Positions 33,545 to 47,346 of a stretch of DNA of 64,000 bases are shown here, piece by piece. Source of the DNA: Gekko japonicus (Eukaryota). A program made the position numbers and the translations under genes. The notes under the pieces are model-generated. The model was not told the DNA's origin and searched no databases. It saw nothing but the letters and a program-made list of their open reading frames with translations. Position 1 is the first letter of the stretch. Every line of letters starts with the position of its first letter. The stretch is taken from NCBI RefSeq assembly GCF_001447785.1, contig NW_015169173.1, positions 613,696-677,695 on the forward strand, read 5' to 3'.

Positions 33545-34560
33545 TTGTGACGTGGACCCAGGCCTACTGCTGGACAAGCAGGTGGCAGTTGTGGCTAAGA
33601 GGACCTTTTACTACCTCTGACGAGTTAACCACTGTGACCCTTCCTGGAGATAAAAGATCTGGCCGCTGTGATGCGTGGCATGGTTACATCTAGATTATAT
33701 TACCGAGATGCGTTCTATATGGGGCTGCCCTTGAAAAGTGTTCTGCAATATCAGTTGGTACAGAGTGCTGCAGCCAGGATGTTGACTGGAGCAGGTTGTA
33801 GGGATCATATCAGTTCAGTCTTAGTGCAACTACACTGGCTTCCAGTTTGGTTTTGGGCACAATTCAAGGTGCTGGTCTTGACCTTGGTTTGGGATCGAAA
33901 TACCTGAAAGGCTGCTGCATCCCGTATGAACCTAAAAGATAACCAAAAAGATAGAGGGGGGTGCAGTATGATACGAATACAAACAGAATAGAACTACTGC
34001 AAATTGTGCATATTTCAAACCTGTATTAAATGCAATAACAATATATCAGACTATGTTTTACAGAAAACTGAAGCCAATATTTATAAATGATGATGGATGG
34101 ATGGATGGATGGATGGATGGATGACGAACTCCCCCGGAGTTGATATTCGTTTCGAGGCATCTTTTTCAAACATCAAACCTCATGCAAGTGTGTCTCCACA
34201 AGGTCACAAATCTTCCAAATTGGATTTCTCCTTAATTCCTGTACATTTAGGTGTTATTCATAAGATGTTCTCAATCATAATAGGTGCTGGTCTTGACCTT
34301 GGTTTGGGATCGAAATACCTGAAAGGCTGCTGCATCCCATATGAACCTGCCCAACCATTATGACACTCTTCAGAGGCCTGCTTGGGTGCCTTCTGAGATT
34401 AGGTGGATGACAACCCAGGAGAGGGCCTGGGTTCTTGGTCATGGCACCAACACTGGAACTCTCTCCCCAGAAAGATTGGTCTGCTCCCTTCTGTTGCTGT
34501 CTTTCTCCAACAGGTGAAGACTTTTTTGTTTAGTTTGGCATTCCCACAATGATCCCTCTT
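33545..34560 (+). mobile_element. L2 LINE 3' fragment split by a 348-bp insertion
   Basis: FYMGLPLKSVLQYQLVQSAAARMLTG...LHWLPV...FKVLVLT; 67-bp direct repeat at 33867-33933 and 34282-34348. Confidence 0.75.
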
Positions 34561-35272
34561 TCCTAACCAAAGTTTCATGTTTGGTATTTATTCTAACCCT
34601 TTTATATATAAGCCCTATTTTCCATATTGTGGAGTACTAGGGAATTCTCTGTTGCTGTTGGCCACTGTGAAAAATGGAAAAGAGTCACACCATCTCATAA
34701 TATGGGGAAATATGTTGAGTGTACAGAATGCATGGTAGAACCCACTGACACTGGCATTGCAAGCTGTGATCACTGGCACCATGTGTGTGTGCGCGCACAT
34801 GCGCTTGTGCAAAGTTGGCTGCAAACCCACCACGCTTTGCACAAGGCTGCAATTTGTATGACGGAGCAGTCCTAAACTGGAAAAAAAAAAGGGCTGTACA
34901 TTTCTCCAATGCCCTAGCGCAGTTACACAGTAATGCTAATTTCCTGCCCTTCCTTGCAAATTAGTGTGGTCTTCTCTTTGTGATTCTCTAATTTGATCCT
35001 GCACACTGGTCGTCATCTTGGCAGTTTTTTAGAGCCTGTCCAGTGCAGATTGCACTCTGTCCTCCAAATGGATCAATTCCAAGCAACTCAGCCCAACCTA
35101 CATTGCAGGGTTGTTGCAAAGATAAAATAAAAAGATAAAATAAAAAGAGGGAGACTGTCGTAAGCTACTTTGGGTTCCCCACTGGGGAGAAGAGTGGAAT
35201 ATAAATGAAGTAAGCAAATAAATCATAGTAAAAGTAATGTGTACCATCGAGTCGCAACCAACTCATGGTGAC

Positions 35273-35478
35273 CAGTGTTCCCTCTAAGCTGACTTAGTGT
35301 GAGCTAGCTCACAGTTTTTTAGCCTCCAGCTCACACATTTTTGTCTTAGCTCAGGAAGGATGGCTCCAGAGCCAACTTAGTTATGCAGCAGCCAAGTCAC
35401 TTGCTCACAACTTTAGTGCCAGTAGCTCACAAAGTAGAATTTTTGCTCACAAGACTCCACAGCTTAGAGGGAACATTG
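35273..35478. mobile_element. hAT MITE
   Basis: TIR CAGTGTTCCCTCTAAGCTG / CAGCTTAGAGGGAACATTG; imperfect ATGGTGAC duplication; empty site at ~60590. Confidence 0.85.
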
Positions 35479-35853
35479 ATTGGTGACCGAATGAAATTCC
35501 ACCTCTTGGGGTTTTTGAGGCCAGAGATGAGTGGAGATGGTTTCCCAGTGCCTTCCTCTTCATAGCAGCTCCAGTCTCCTTTGTTGGTTTCCCATACAAA
35601 TAATGACTTTGCTTAATTTCCAAGCTCTGGTGAGATCAGAGAAGTCTGGACTATGAGGGCTGATACAAATTATAGTAAGCCAATGCAAGTTTGTGGCAGC
35701 CGTAAAGAAACATGTAGAGCTAGATTTCCACCCCACCACCACCTCCCCTTTTTGACTGCTGTCAGTAAAAGGTCTTTCAGCGACTGCAGAACGGATGCAA
35801 AATGGAGGTGCCCCTCTCAACACTTCCCTTTGCTGGCAGTGGGTGATGATGAC

Positions 35854-36045
35854 CAATGTTCCCTCTAAGCTGTGGAGTCTTGTGAGCAAAAGTTCTACCT
35901 TGTGAGCTACTGGCATTAAAGTTGTGAGTGAGCGATTTGGCTGCTGCATAAATTAGTTTGCTCTGGAGCCCGTCCTTCCTGAGTGGAGACAAAAATCTGT
36001 GAGCCAGAGGCTAAAAAACTGTGAGCTACCTCACAGGGAACACTG
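35854..36045. mobile_element. hAT MITE (same family, opposite orientation)
   Basis: 8-bp TSD ATGATGAC/GTGATGAC; empty site at ~60230. Confidence 0.8.
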
Positions 36046-36576
36046 GTGATGACTGTTTTACTTCATCCATTTTACTTGATTTACTTTAGCAAAAGAACAC
36101 AAAAAGACTCATGCACAAAAGTTTAACCTCTCCCCTCTTGTTTTAGTTCACCCATTATATTCTTGTTAGTTTGGAATAGTGGTTAGAGTATTTCACAAAG
36201 ACCAAGGAGACTTGGGGAATAATCCAAAGAAGATCTACTCAGACTTAAACCCCAATTCATTCCACAAGGCTTGCATGCCCAGATAAGTGTTCTTAGGACT
36301 GCAGTCTTGATTTCAGATTGTCACTCAGCTAGGACCTTGGGTCATTTGTGCACACTTTTTCTCAGTCTAACCCATCACTCAGATACTCAGATACTCAGGA
36401 TTATTGTTAGGATAATATGGGGGAGGGGAAAACATGTAAACAGTTGCCATGTGATCTCTAGGGTTCAAAACCCCTTCGGCAACAAGATGTCATGGAGTAT
36501 AGGATGATCCTTTGAGTTGTGTTCAAGCAGAGGACATGGCCAACACAGAAGACGTGCTCCATAATTTATGGAAATT

Positions 36577-36928
36577 AAAGTAAAGGTAAAGGTTCCCTTG
36601 CTCGAAAGCCAGTCGAATCCGACTCTAGGGTTGTGGTGCTCATCTCCGTTTCAAAGCCAAAGAGCCAGCGTTGCCCGAAGATGTTTCTGTGGTCATGTGG
36701 CCAGCATGACTCAACACCAAGGCGCAGAGAACGCTGTTACCTTCCCACCGAAGTGGTACCTATTTATCTACTTGCAATTTCTTGCTTTCGAACCGCTAGG
36801 TTGGCAGGAGCTGGAACTAGAGACGGGAGCTCACTCCATCATGCAGCAACTCGGGTCTCGAACTGCTGAACTACCGACCTTCCACAGCCTGCATTTCAGC
36901 GTCTTAACCACTTGAGCCACCGCAGCTC
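36577..36928 (-). mobile_element. Sauria SINE
   Basis: Closely similar to 6160-6512; absent from the inverted paralog at ~59720. Confidence 0.9.
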
Positions 36929-37838
36929 ATGCAAATTGAACGTGTTAAATAAGCATACATAATTTGTATGATAACTAATAAACCCGTTATCTCAATATAA
37001 ATAATTGTTCTACTTTGGGGAGACTTGGGGAGTAATCCAAAGCAGAAGGTCAGGTCTATTGTTATAGCTATGGTGGGACACCTCCCAGCTTGGCCCTCTA
37101 GTCCCCACCACTGCTCAACAGGATGGTGCTGGCTGGGGGGGGGGAATGGGGGGGGTTCAGCATTGCGCCAATGTGCAACATCAGTTTCAGTGTGAACCCA
37201 GAAGTGCCATCATTGTATCAGCACAACACTCTAGGACTCACTGAAAACTCTTTGGTTCTTGTTGGAAGTGACATTGTGATCTCGATCCTGCCCCCTCCCC
37301 ATTCTCCCACTAGGGTGACAGCTAGGCCCGGCAGGTCTAATTAGGACTGTCATGGAACTTTGGAAAGACTGAAAGAGTTGCCTTTTCCTGTGGGGAAATG
37401 GATGTAGGGAGAAATAGGGAGGGGAAACAGAGAAAGGCAGTCAAAGAGAGATCTACCATCAGGAACAATCCTGTGACAGCTGAAAAGATACCAGTGTGAG
37501 GACTGTAACTTGGAATAAAAAACGTCTTGGAGTAAGTAACGGTGTAAGACACTGGGTATTGATGATATATATCTAGTGCTGGATTATGGATCGGTTTCAG
37601 TTTATAAAATATCAGGCACCATTGCTTTTAAACTTTATTTAAAAACAACAACAAAAAAAAACAACACTCAGATTGAGTGATACAGTGTTTTGGACCAAGC
37701 CCATTTGCAGTTGTCCATTGCAATTCTCATGCTTAAATCTTTGTGCCATTTAAGCTGCACATGGTCTATTTCTTCTGGAGAAGCATGACATTTTTACAGA
37801 TCTTTACCAATCAAACCTTTTGTAAGGTTTGTTAAAAG

Positions 37839-38242
37839 CAGGGGTCATTTCCTGCAGGAGCACACAGGAACGGAGCTCTGGCAGTAAAGAGCCCAGGGGG
37901 TGGGCACATGCAACAAGCCCCACCCCCTGCTCCCAGCAGCCCTCAGTCAGAGCAAGAAGCAGCCAGGTAAGTTGCAGAGCCCCCTGGCCCAAAACAGTCC
38001 AATGGCACCTTTAAGACCAAGTTTTATTCAGGTACAAGCTCTCCCTCCTCTGCGAGGACAGATCTGCACGTCCCCCCCCCCCAAAGCTAGCAATCCAAAA
38101 CAGTCTAGTGGAGCCTGAGCGGTGGGTGCTGCCTTCTGACACACTTCTGGTGATGTCAGGGTGTGTGGCATATGCAAATAAGTTATGCTAATGAGCTATG
38201 CTAATTAGCTCCTGCACCTCTTTTTCTACGAAATGACCCCTG
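37839..38242. mobile_element. hAT MITE
   Basis: CAGGGGTCATTTC / GAAATGACCCCTG TIR; perfect TSD GTTAAAAG. Confidence 0.85.
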
Positions 38243-40181
38243 GTTAAAAGTCAGTTTGACTCTTTATAGAGTAACACTAGCAGTAAAGCCCGCTGTGGAA
38301 ATAAATACAACAGGATCTAGAAAGAGGCTCTGGGGGAGTGCTCTGGCTTTGGGCAAACAGTGTCATTTTGCTGTGGTGACCTCAGCAGGGTATAATGGCA
38401 GAGTCCACTGTTTTCTCCAGAGGAACTGATCTCTGCTCCCTGAACAGCAGTTGTAATTTTGAGTGATCTGTAGCCCTCACCTGGAAATTGGCAACAATTG
38501 TTACCCAGGACGAAATGGCTGGTTTGGAGGGTGGAGTCTATGACATTCTACCTGTCTGATGTCCCACCCCTCCGCAAACCCCACCCTCTCCAGGCTCCAC
38601 CCCTCAAATCCCCAGGAATTTGCCAGCCTGGAGTTGGCAACCCCATCTCATTCGCAGCTAACCATCAACCTACCATTATCTGCCCCTTTGACTTCAGCTG
38701 ACTTCCGCTCTCCCTTCTGCAGAGCAATTGTAATTTTGAGTGGTCTCCAGCCCTCACCTGGAGATTGGCAACAATGGTTCCCCATGAGGGACTGAGTGGT
38801 TTGGAGGGTGGAGTCTATGGCATTGTACCTGTCTGAGGTCCCACCCCTCCTCAAACCTCACCCTCTTCAGGCTCCATCCCTCAAATCTCCAGGAATTTCC
38901 CATCGGGAGTTGGCAACCCTATCAGGATTGGCCCCAATATGTTTTCTCCCAAAGGGCAAAGTAGGTGACTGGACCAAACTTAGTTGCCTACCAACAGGCA
39001 CTGAGGGGAAAGTAGGGTTGCCAGCTATAAGGAGGGAAATACCTGGAGTTTTGGGGGGTGGATTCTGTAGAGGGCAGCATGGGGGGGGGCGGAAGGACTC
39101 AGCAGGTATAATGTCATAGGGTCTACCCTCCAAAGCAGCCATTTTCTCCAGGGGAAACTGATCTCTGTCATCTGGAGATCAATTGTAGCAGTGGGAGATC
39201 TCCAGGTCCCACCTGGAGATTGGCAACCCTAGGGGAAAGTCAGCTGCACAGCAGGGGGTTGAAGAGAATGGTTTGATGGGTGCTGGGCCAAGATTGGCAA
39301 CAATAGTTCCCCAGGAGCAAATAGCTGGGTTGGAGGGTGGAGTCTATGGCATTGTAACCTGTCTGATGTCCCCCTCTCCGCCCCCCCCCCAGCCTCTGCC
39401 TAGGGAAAGCAGCTGTCATCATTCTCCTCACCCCCTATGAGGTATGTTAAGGTTGAAAGTGTGTGAATGGTCCATAATCCCCCAGGCAGCTTTTAAAACA
39501 TGATCCTGGGACCTACACACCACCAGACATTCCAACTGCCTTCCGGGGGGGGGGGGGGTATGAGGTGTGGAATGGAGTGAAGTCCAATCAGCTTCCATAT
39601 GCAAAAGACCTTGAAGGTTCCATATGCAACTGACATTCCAACTGCCTTGCGGGGAGGGGGGTGAGTTTGAGGTGTGGAATGCAGTGAAGTCCAATCAGCT
39701 TCCGTATGCAAAATACCTTGAAACGCTGGGCGGGACTGCACAAAGCAGCCAGTCAACCCAGCCAGCGTCTTCTGACTGACAGTTCAAGCGTCCATACACT
39801 AAAGGGGCCAAATTTAGAATGTTCATATAGAATGTTCTTACTCAATTATATATAAGGAGAGATTTGTGTTGCAATACTACAATGATGCTTCTAGTTTGGA
39901 AATATTGAAATGAGGTGGTCTAAAGCTAACCCTCTTCCCAAGTATTTGCTCAAAAGGTAACATCTGGTTGTTATGGAGGCTATCATGTATAGAAGGTAAA
40001 TGGGATTTATCCCATCCTCTCTGAAATATATTGGGTTCAGATGCGTAGAAGTGATCAGCTCATAGTTCGTTAGTAATTCAGCAAGAGAAAGAAGACTGAC
40101 TATCCCTGGCCGAAGCCCGGTATTTATGCCTGAAAAGGGTTACATGGTTGCACCCAAAACACACCCCACTCCCAACGATAG

Positions 40182-40459
40182 TGTTATGTAGTGGGTTGCC
40201 GCATGGATAAACGACCGACAACGACGTGGTGCATGGCACGCTTTATTTGGTACACAACAAGAACAAGCACAAACGGCCGGCAGGCCAACTATATACATAC
40301 CTGGGGACACACCCCTGGTCACCATTGGTGGGTTTGAATCTCCCGCCATGGTTCCCATTGGTTCCCCAGTGGAGGGACTAGGAGCCTAGTCCCTATTGTT
40401 CTTCCAGAGCCAAGCTCTGGCTGTTCGCTGGCCCCCGGTGGTGGTCAGCATACACTACA
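40182..40459 (-). mobile_element. Solo LTR (278 bp)
   Basis: TG...CA ends; perfect 5-bp TSD GATAG; CCAAT x2, TATA-like motif and AATAAA in order on the minus strand. Confidence 0.8.
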
Positions 40460-41767
40460 GATAGGCTATTTACACTCTGATGTTTCCCAATTGGTTTATT
40501 CTAGGATCCCTATCTCCCTAATGGTCCATTCTAGGATCCTAGCAATCTATTGTTATGCATTCCAAGCTTAGTCCTTTTGCAAGGACAGTTCAGGCTCAAT
40601 ACATAACACTCTCTCTTTAGAGGATTTATATTTTAAAAAGGCAAACCATGCTGGCGATGACTCACCTACTTCCCATTGGCCACTGGGGAAGCTGCCTTGG
40701 TGTCCTATTGGCCCGTCCTGCCAGCTCCTCCATTCTTACACACCCACTTTTGACATGTTGCACCTTGGGAGTTGTAGTTCTCAGCTAGCCTTACGGCAAC
40801 CATTAGAATTACAACTTCCAAGTTGAGAGTCCCAAGAGGCCATTAGGCATTAGCAGAGAATCAGTTAGTTAATCAGTTAAAGTGTTAAACAGGAAGGAGC
40901 TTTGGAATTGAAAGGGGTTGGGGGGAAAGGGAAGGCCTGGACATTTCCCTGAATTACAATTGATCTCCAAACTACAGAGATCAGTCCCCATGGAGAAAGT
41001 GGTGACTTTGGAGGGTGAGCTCTATGGCCTTATACCTCACTGAAGTCCTTCAACAAACCTGGCCCTCCCCTTAGTATTGCCAAACTCCAGGCAGCACCTG
41101 GAGATCTCCAAGATCAGTTCTCCTGGGGAAAATGGCTGCTTTGGGCAGTGGACTCTATGGCATTATACCCTGCTGAGGTCCCTCCCCACCCCAATCCCTG
41201 CCTGCCTCAGGCTATACCTCTCAAATCTACAGGTATTTCCCAACCCAGAGTTGGCAACCCTGTAACTGGCTACAGAACCACTTTCCAGACCCTTGAAACC
41301 CAGAAAAAATGGCATAGGAGGAGGTGGTTTTCTACCTTAGCTGCCACTGCAAAGCTACAAACAGCATTAGTCAGGTGTGGAGGGAACTATACCTGTTACC
41401 ATGTGGTTGTGCTCCCATACTACCCACTTGAGGCAGCAAAATGACTTGAGACAGCCCTGCCTTAAAGCTAAGCAGAAGGAAATAAACATGGCTCGCCTCC
41501 CTGTATTTTCCCCTTTTTCCCACCACCCTACCAGCCACAGCTGGGACACTCACCTAGAGCTTCTTTCTAGAGCTCATTGTATTTCTTCCCACAACGGGCT
41601 TTATTCCTAGTATTCTGGTATTTCCTAGAAGATTCACTATCGATCTATTTCATTACTGTAAAATAATGCAGAGAGATCAGGAGAGAGGCTCTGTTTCCTT
41701 TTATATCACACTTTCTGTGAGGACAAGACCAAGACTAACGTCAGTGTTTTTATTCCATCCCTTTTCC

Positions 41768-42234
41768 CAGAGGTCATTTCGGGGGGGAACGCGGGGGAAC
41801 ACAGTTCCCCCTGGTGAGGTACGGGGGGGCGGGGCACATGACGAAGCCCCGCCCCCTGCTTCCAGCCGCCCCGCTTCCGGCCCTCATTCAGCCAGGAGGA
41901 GGCAGGAGAAGAGGGAGGGTAAGTTGCTTCCTCCCTGCCTCCCCCCACCCCTGCCTGCCTGTGGTCAGGGAGGGCCTTCGCAAGGCTTCCTTGCACTCCC
42001 GCCGGCCTTGCAGGTCCATCGCCGGGCCCCTCATAGGGCTCGGCAGTGGAGCTGCAAGGCCGGCACCGGCGGCCGGGACCGTTGGGGGCGGGGGTGTGGC
42101 CTTATGACACATTTCTGGTGTTGTCAGGAGGTGTGGCCTTATGACACACTTCCAGTGATGTCAGGGGATGTGGCATATGCTAATGAGTTATGCTAATGAG
42201 TTCCCCTAGCTCTTTTTCTACGAAATGACCCCTG
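41768..42234. mobile_element. hAT MITE
   Basis: CAGAGGTCATTTCG / CGAAATGACCCCTG; perfect TSD CCTTTTCC; related pieces at 54925-55070 and 56060-56245. Confidence 0.85.
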
Positions 42235-42756
42235 CCTTTTCCTGAAACCGCAAAAGATTCCAGCGCTGTCAATTCTGCAGCACAATAATACCAACTGATC
42301 CTGGGTGTGCCGAAACCACCCATCTCCTTCCTTTTTAACAAGACTGTTGAAGAAATTCTGGGATGTTTGCTGTCCCCTGTAAAGCCTGAGATTAATTGGG
42401 TGGGTGGGGAGTCCGGTTGTGATTTGTCAAGTGCCAAAGCTAAACTTTTAAACAGGAATAGTAAAATGTTTATTTTGTTTTCTGTGGTGGTGGTGGAAAC
42501 TACCATCAAGTCTCAGGTGACTTATGGTGACCCTGTAGGGTTTTCAGGGCAAGAGACGTTCAGAGGTGGTTTGCTGTTGCCTGCCTCCATGCTACAACCC
42601 TGGTATTCCTTGGAATTCTCCTGGGGTCAACCCTGCTTAACTCCAGAGATCTGACAAGATCGCTAGGGCAATTTTGCCCCAAACAATATAACTTTTTCAA
42701 AGAATAGGATTTTAGTTACACGATTAATTCTGAAGCCTGCCATTCTACCCAGCTCA

Positions 42757-42912
42757 AGGTCAAGGTCTCCCTTGCTCGAAAGCCAGTCGAATCCGACTCT
42801 AGGGTTGCGGCGCTCATCTCCATTTCAAAGCCGAAGAGCCAGCGCTGTCCAAAGACGTTTCCGTGGTCATGTGGCTGGCATGACTAAACACTAAGGCGCA
42901 CGGAACACTGTT
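42757..42912 (-). mobile_element. Sauria SINE 3' fragment
   Basis: Matches 6165-6320. Confidence 0.8.
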
Positions 42913-42961
42913 CCCAGCTCAAGTCTACCCAGCTAGGAATGATTAAATGAAGCCTAAAAGT

Positions 42962-43400
42962 AGTCATGTATGGCTGTGAGAGTTGGACTATAAGGAAGGC
43001 CGAGCGCCGAAGAATAGATTCTTTTGAACTATGGTGCTGGAGAAGACTCTTGAGAGTCCCTTGGACTGCAAGAAGATCAGATCAGTCAATCCTAAAAGAA
43101 ATCAACCCTGACTGTTCCCTGGAAGGCCAGATAATGAAACTGAAGCTCAAATACTTTGGCCACCAAATGAGAAGGGAGCCCTCACTGGAGAAGACCCTGA
43201 TGCTGGGAAAGATTGAAGGTCAAAGAAGACGGGGACGGCAAAGGATGAGATGGTTAGACAGTGTCATAGATGCAACGAACATGAAATTGAGCCAACTTCA
43301 GAGGACGGCGGAAGACAGGAAGGCCTGGCGTGATCTGGTCCATGGGGTCGCGAAGAGTCGGACTCTACTGTGCAACTGAACAACAACAACAACAACAACA
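42962..43400 (+). mobile_element. Bov-B (RTE) LINE, 5'-truncated
   Basis: MYGCESWTIRKAERRRIDSFELWCWRRLLRVPWTARRS...; (CAA)n tail. Confidence 0.93.
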
Positions 43401-44019
43401 AAAGGTTAGCACTTTCTCAAGCGCCTCATATAGCAGAATATATTTGTTGATTTGTGGAATGAAATATACAATGTAATTACTTCTTAATGGAAGTGTATTT
43501 TTGTTAGTCACTGTTATATATATATATATATGTTTGGATTAAAAAGAAGAAGAAGTAATCAGCATAAACACACATTCACATCTGGTTCCCGAGTGAATCT
43601 GGAAGAAAACTTCCAGTTATATAGGATCTTTGAAATGGTGCAATTTAAACCTACAATGTTCCTATAGATGCTCACAGCACCCAATTGTCTATTCATCTCC
43701 TGACAACAATTTTTCTTATTTAATATATTTAATATCACTATAGCAACCCTTTTATCTGCTTCCTTAATTTCCTAAGTGTCCTTAATTTTCTGAATTACAT
43801 GAGTATCTTCAAATAACTACAGCAAATGGAGCAGGTATGTTTTTCATTTTGGTGAGACTTCACGATCCTGTTCTTGATTATTTCTAATTATTGAAAATTA
43901 TTAATTGAGCGTTGGAGACACTTTGGAACATTATATCATTGTGTAGTGATGTGGCCCTTGCAGATATGCATTGGCCTCGGTACTACTGAATGGCAATGTT
44001 ATTGCATTGTCCCTGTCAT

Positions 44020-44340
44020 GTTTGGTGTAGTGGTTAGGAGCGCAGACTCTAATCTGGGAGAACTGGGTTTGATTCCCCACTCCCCACATGCAGCAGCTGG
44101 TGCGACCTTGGGTCAAGATAAATATGGACAAACACGACCCAATCAGAAAATAAGTATAAAGACAACAGTCGTGAGAGTCTGACCTTGGGTCAGTCATAAG
44201 TTCTCTCAGAGCTATTCTCTCACGAGCAGTTCTTGAAAGAGCTCTCTTGGCCCCACCTACCTCACAGGGTGTCTGTTGGTGGGAGGGGAAGGGAAAGGGA
44301 TTGTAAACCACTCTGAGCCACTCTGTAAGCCACTCTAAAT
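44020..44340 (+). mobile_element. Squam3-like tRNA SINE with a small internal insertion
   Basis: GTTTGGTGTAGTGGTTAGG...GGTTTGATTCCCCAC head; duplicated GACCTTGGGTCA around a ~65-bp insert. Confidence 0.7.
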
Positions 44341-46065
44341 CCAATCTCCTCCTCCTCCTCCTTTCTCTTCTCCTTTCTCTACCTTCTACATGGCCTTGAA
44401 TGAACTCCACATTAGGACTGAGATGGTGATGTCATGTGGCGACATGCCACCTATTTTATTTTTTTTGTGCAATCGCTGTACTGATATATGATAATACCTG
44501 AAAATGCCAGACCCACAAAGACCACCCTAATTGTAGCAGGGGATGTTTGTGATTGGTTAATTACCTTCCCGCCTCTGAGACTTAGAATTTATTGGATGAG
44601 CACCTTACCATAGAACCCTTGATTGGATTCTAGAATATGTTGTTGCTGGCTGTGTGCATGTTGATATATATATTCAAAATTTCAGGTTAATGATAACATA
44701 ATCACAAATAAATAAATAAATAAAAAACAAACAAAAAAAGTGTTGATTTCAAGGTTTATAGCATACAAGTGAGAAAGCAAGAGCCAAAATATCCATTATG
44801 GATGGTGCCTACACAGTTTGCAGGTCACTGATAAAGCCCTATGGGGAAACTGAGGCAGGTACCAAAGACTCTTTGACCATGCAGTCAGTAGGGCAAGGAA
44901 TGTGGTGGAATGTGCCTTTGGCCACCTCAAGGCTCACTGGCAATGCCTCACCAGGTGAATCCCAGTGTTTGAGGAGAACATCACCTATGCGGTTCCTGCA
45001 TGTGTCATCCTGCAGAATATTCAGGAGGAGAAAGGATATGCTGTGTTGCTGGACCGCTGGGATCCAGAGTCCCTTCTTGTTCTGCAGGATGAGGAACAGT
45101 ACTTCCACATCAACAACATAAAACAGAAGGGAAACATATGAGTGGTGTGATAAATGATTTCATGTTCAGGTGTCAAGCTGATCCCTGACCTCCACCTGGA
45201 CTTCTTTGGTTCCGCCATTAGCCTTCAGCTAGGTTGTTAACTCACTGCTTTCCACTTGAAAATAAAGAATGAACATAATAAACCAAAACCATGGTGGTAA
45301 TTAATTATCGTATGGCATTGTGTGTAGAATAGCCAGGAGATACGAAGATTGCCTGGCAGCCGCACGTTTTAGTTCTTAGCATTATGCTAGTGGTGAGCTA
45401 GACTTTGTTTTTAGGGGCTGAGAGAGCTCTGAAAGAACTGTGACTGACCCAAGGTCATCCAGCTGGCTTCCTGTGGAGGAGTGGGGAATCAAACCCGGTT
45501 CTCCAGATTAGAGTCTGCCGCTCTTAACCACTACACCAAACTGGCTCTGCCATGCTGGTAAGTACAGTTGGTAAGGTTACACTGTTATGCACTCCATGTG
45601 CATCAGTTTAAGGAAAAGAAAAATGAACTATTGCATTTCAAAAATGAGCAGACAACACATCTGAAGAAGGCATGAGGGCAAAGCAGTGTTGTATCAAGGG
45701 ACTGAAAATGATGCCTAGTGGTAGGTGCTTGGAATCATCATCTTAAAAGAATTCTGAGTAGCTCACTGTAGAAGAATACCATAATAGGCTGTTGTTTCTC
45801 CTCCTCCTATTCTTCTTCGTCTTCTTCTTCCTCCTCCTCCTCCGATATAGAAGAATCTTACTGTGGCTAAAGCTGAAGATCAGAAGAACAGCCTATACGG
45901 GGCAGTTAAAAGGACTAGTAGCTAGCACAGCTAGACTAGGGACATCCCACAATTTCAGATTATGCCCTTCCTGTCTCCTGATTGGCTCTTTGCAGACTTC
46001 CTGGTCCAGCTGAGCCCTCCCCCTTCATTCCTGGCTGTCTCACAGCAGTTAGTCAGTTATTTAAG

Positions 46066-46658
46066 TGTCAGATATGAGACTCGAGGCAGCAGGTGAACAG
46101 TGATAACAGGTTTATTTGAACATGAAGTCAGAAGAACCAGAACGAGACAAACTATGGAGCAACAGGCTCCTTTTTAAACAGTCCGGGCTTGGCAAGCCAT
46201 GCCCACATGTCAGCTAAGGTCCAATCAAATACAGTATATAAAGACCAATCACTTCGCTTCCCTCCAGAACTTTCTTTGTTCTGATAGGTCAGTTTACAAT
46301 ACCTTGTTAGACTCAAGCTCAATACATTTATTACATTACATTTCATACACAACATTAAGCCTTTCCCCCTCTCCTCTGTTTTATCAGAGTTTATTTCTTC
46401 TTTAATAAACCAGGTTATTTCCTTTAAATCATTGGTGCTCCACTCCTTTGCATATTTAAACTCTGCCAACACTCTGCAGTGGCCACTGTGGGTCTTAATA
46501 GGCAACCAAAACAATATTGTCAGCCTTTCATTTTGTCAGTCAGAGGTAGAGGGAGGGGGCAGGGCCCTTTCCAGACTTCTTTTGGGGCTAGGCCATGAAG
46601 CAACCATTGGCGGGCCTACCTGTTCATACTCAGGTCTCAAACTGCTGAACTACTGACA
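46066..46658 (-). mobile_element. Possible solo LTR
   Basis: TGTCAG...CTGACA ends, minus-strand AATAAA; no clear TSD. Confidence 0.35.
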
Positions 46659-46736
46659 AAAATCAAACCTTGTGGTATCCCGTTATTATGAAACCAGTGC
46701 AATACTGAGTGTACAGGTCCAAAATTAGTCAGGAAC

Positions 46737-47294
46737 ACCAGAAGGGTGCCATGGGTCATGATACTGGAAGCCAGTGAGAGTTGCAGGATGAATACCATTG
46801 AAATACAAAACAAGGCCAGTGCAGACGGTGCACTCTCTTCTCAGAAGTATCATTTTAGTCTAAATCCTGGTGGTCAGAGCTATCCGCACTATGCAGTCAG
46901 CAAACTCACAACATCTGGATTAACTGACAGGTCAGTTTTGGCCTGGCTGGACAAGGATGGGGATTGCATCATAACAGCACTGGCATTGTTGGCAGAACCA
47001 TAATATCCATACAACACAGCTGAGCCAAGGGGGAAAAACACAAGCCATTAGTCCATGGTACAAAGAAGTGAGGCTTAATCGAATTCCTCTTCTCATTAGC
47101 CCTGACCTGGACAGCCCAGGCAAGCCCAATCTCATCAGATCTTGGGAACCAAGCAGGGCCGACCCTGGCAAGTGCTTCGAAGGGAGAACTCCAAGGAATA
47201 CCAGGGCCGGGATGCAGAGGCAAGCAATAGCAAGCCACCTCTCTGAAACATTCAAGCCCCACTAGAGGTTGCCAGAAGTCAACCCTGACTTCCA

Positions 47295-47346
<52 letters not shown>

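Larger units (their letters stand above)
34621..37625. repeat. Block present as an inverted duplicate at ~58972-61266
   Basis: Reverse-complement match at both ends and throughout, e.g. shared ORF-track peptides MHAQISVLRTA and KYVECTECMVEPTDTG on opposite strands. Confidence 0.9.

Noticed and set aside
41666-42196. GC-rich ORFs as a possible CpG-island first exon (also 795-1304, 18512-18874)
   Set aside because: They lie within or overlap TIR-bearing hAT-type elements; no splice or homology support.
42966-43379. Host gene encoded by the 137-aa ORF
   Set aside because: It is the C-terminus of Bov-B RT, repeated three times in the window.
46066-46658. Gene B using an LTR-donated poly(A) signal
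   Set aside because: The LTR call is weak (no TSD) and a closer ATTAAA exists at ~47895; not testable from sequence alone.
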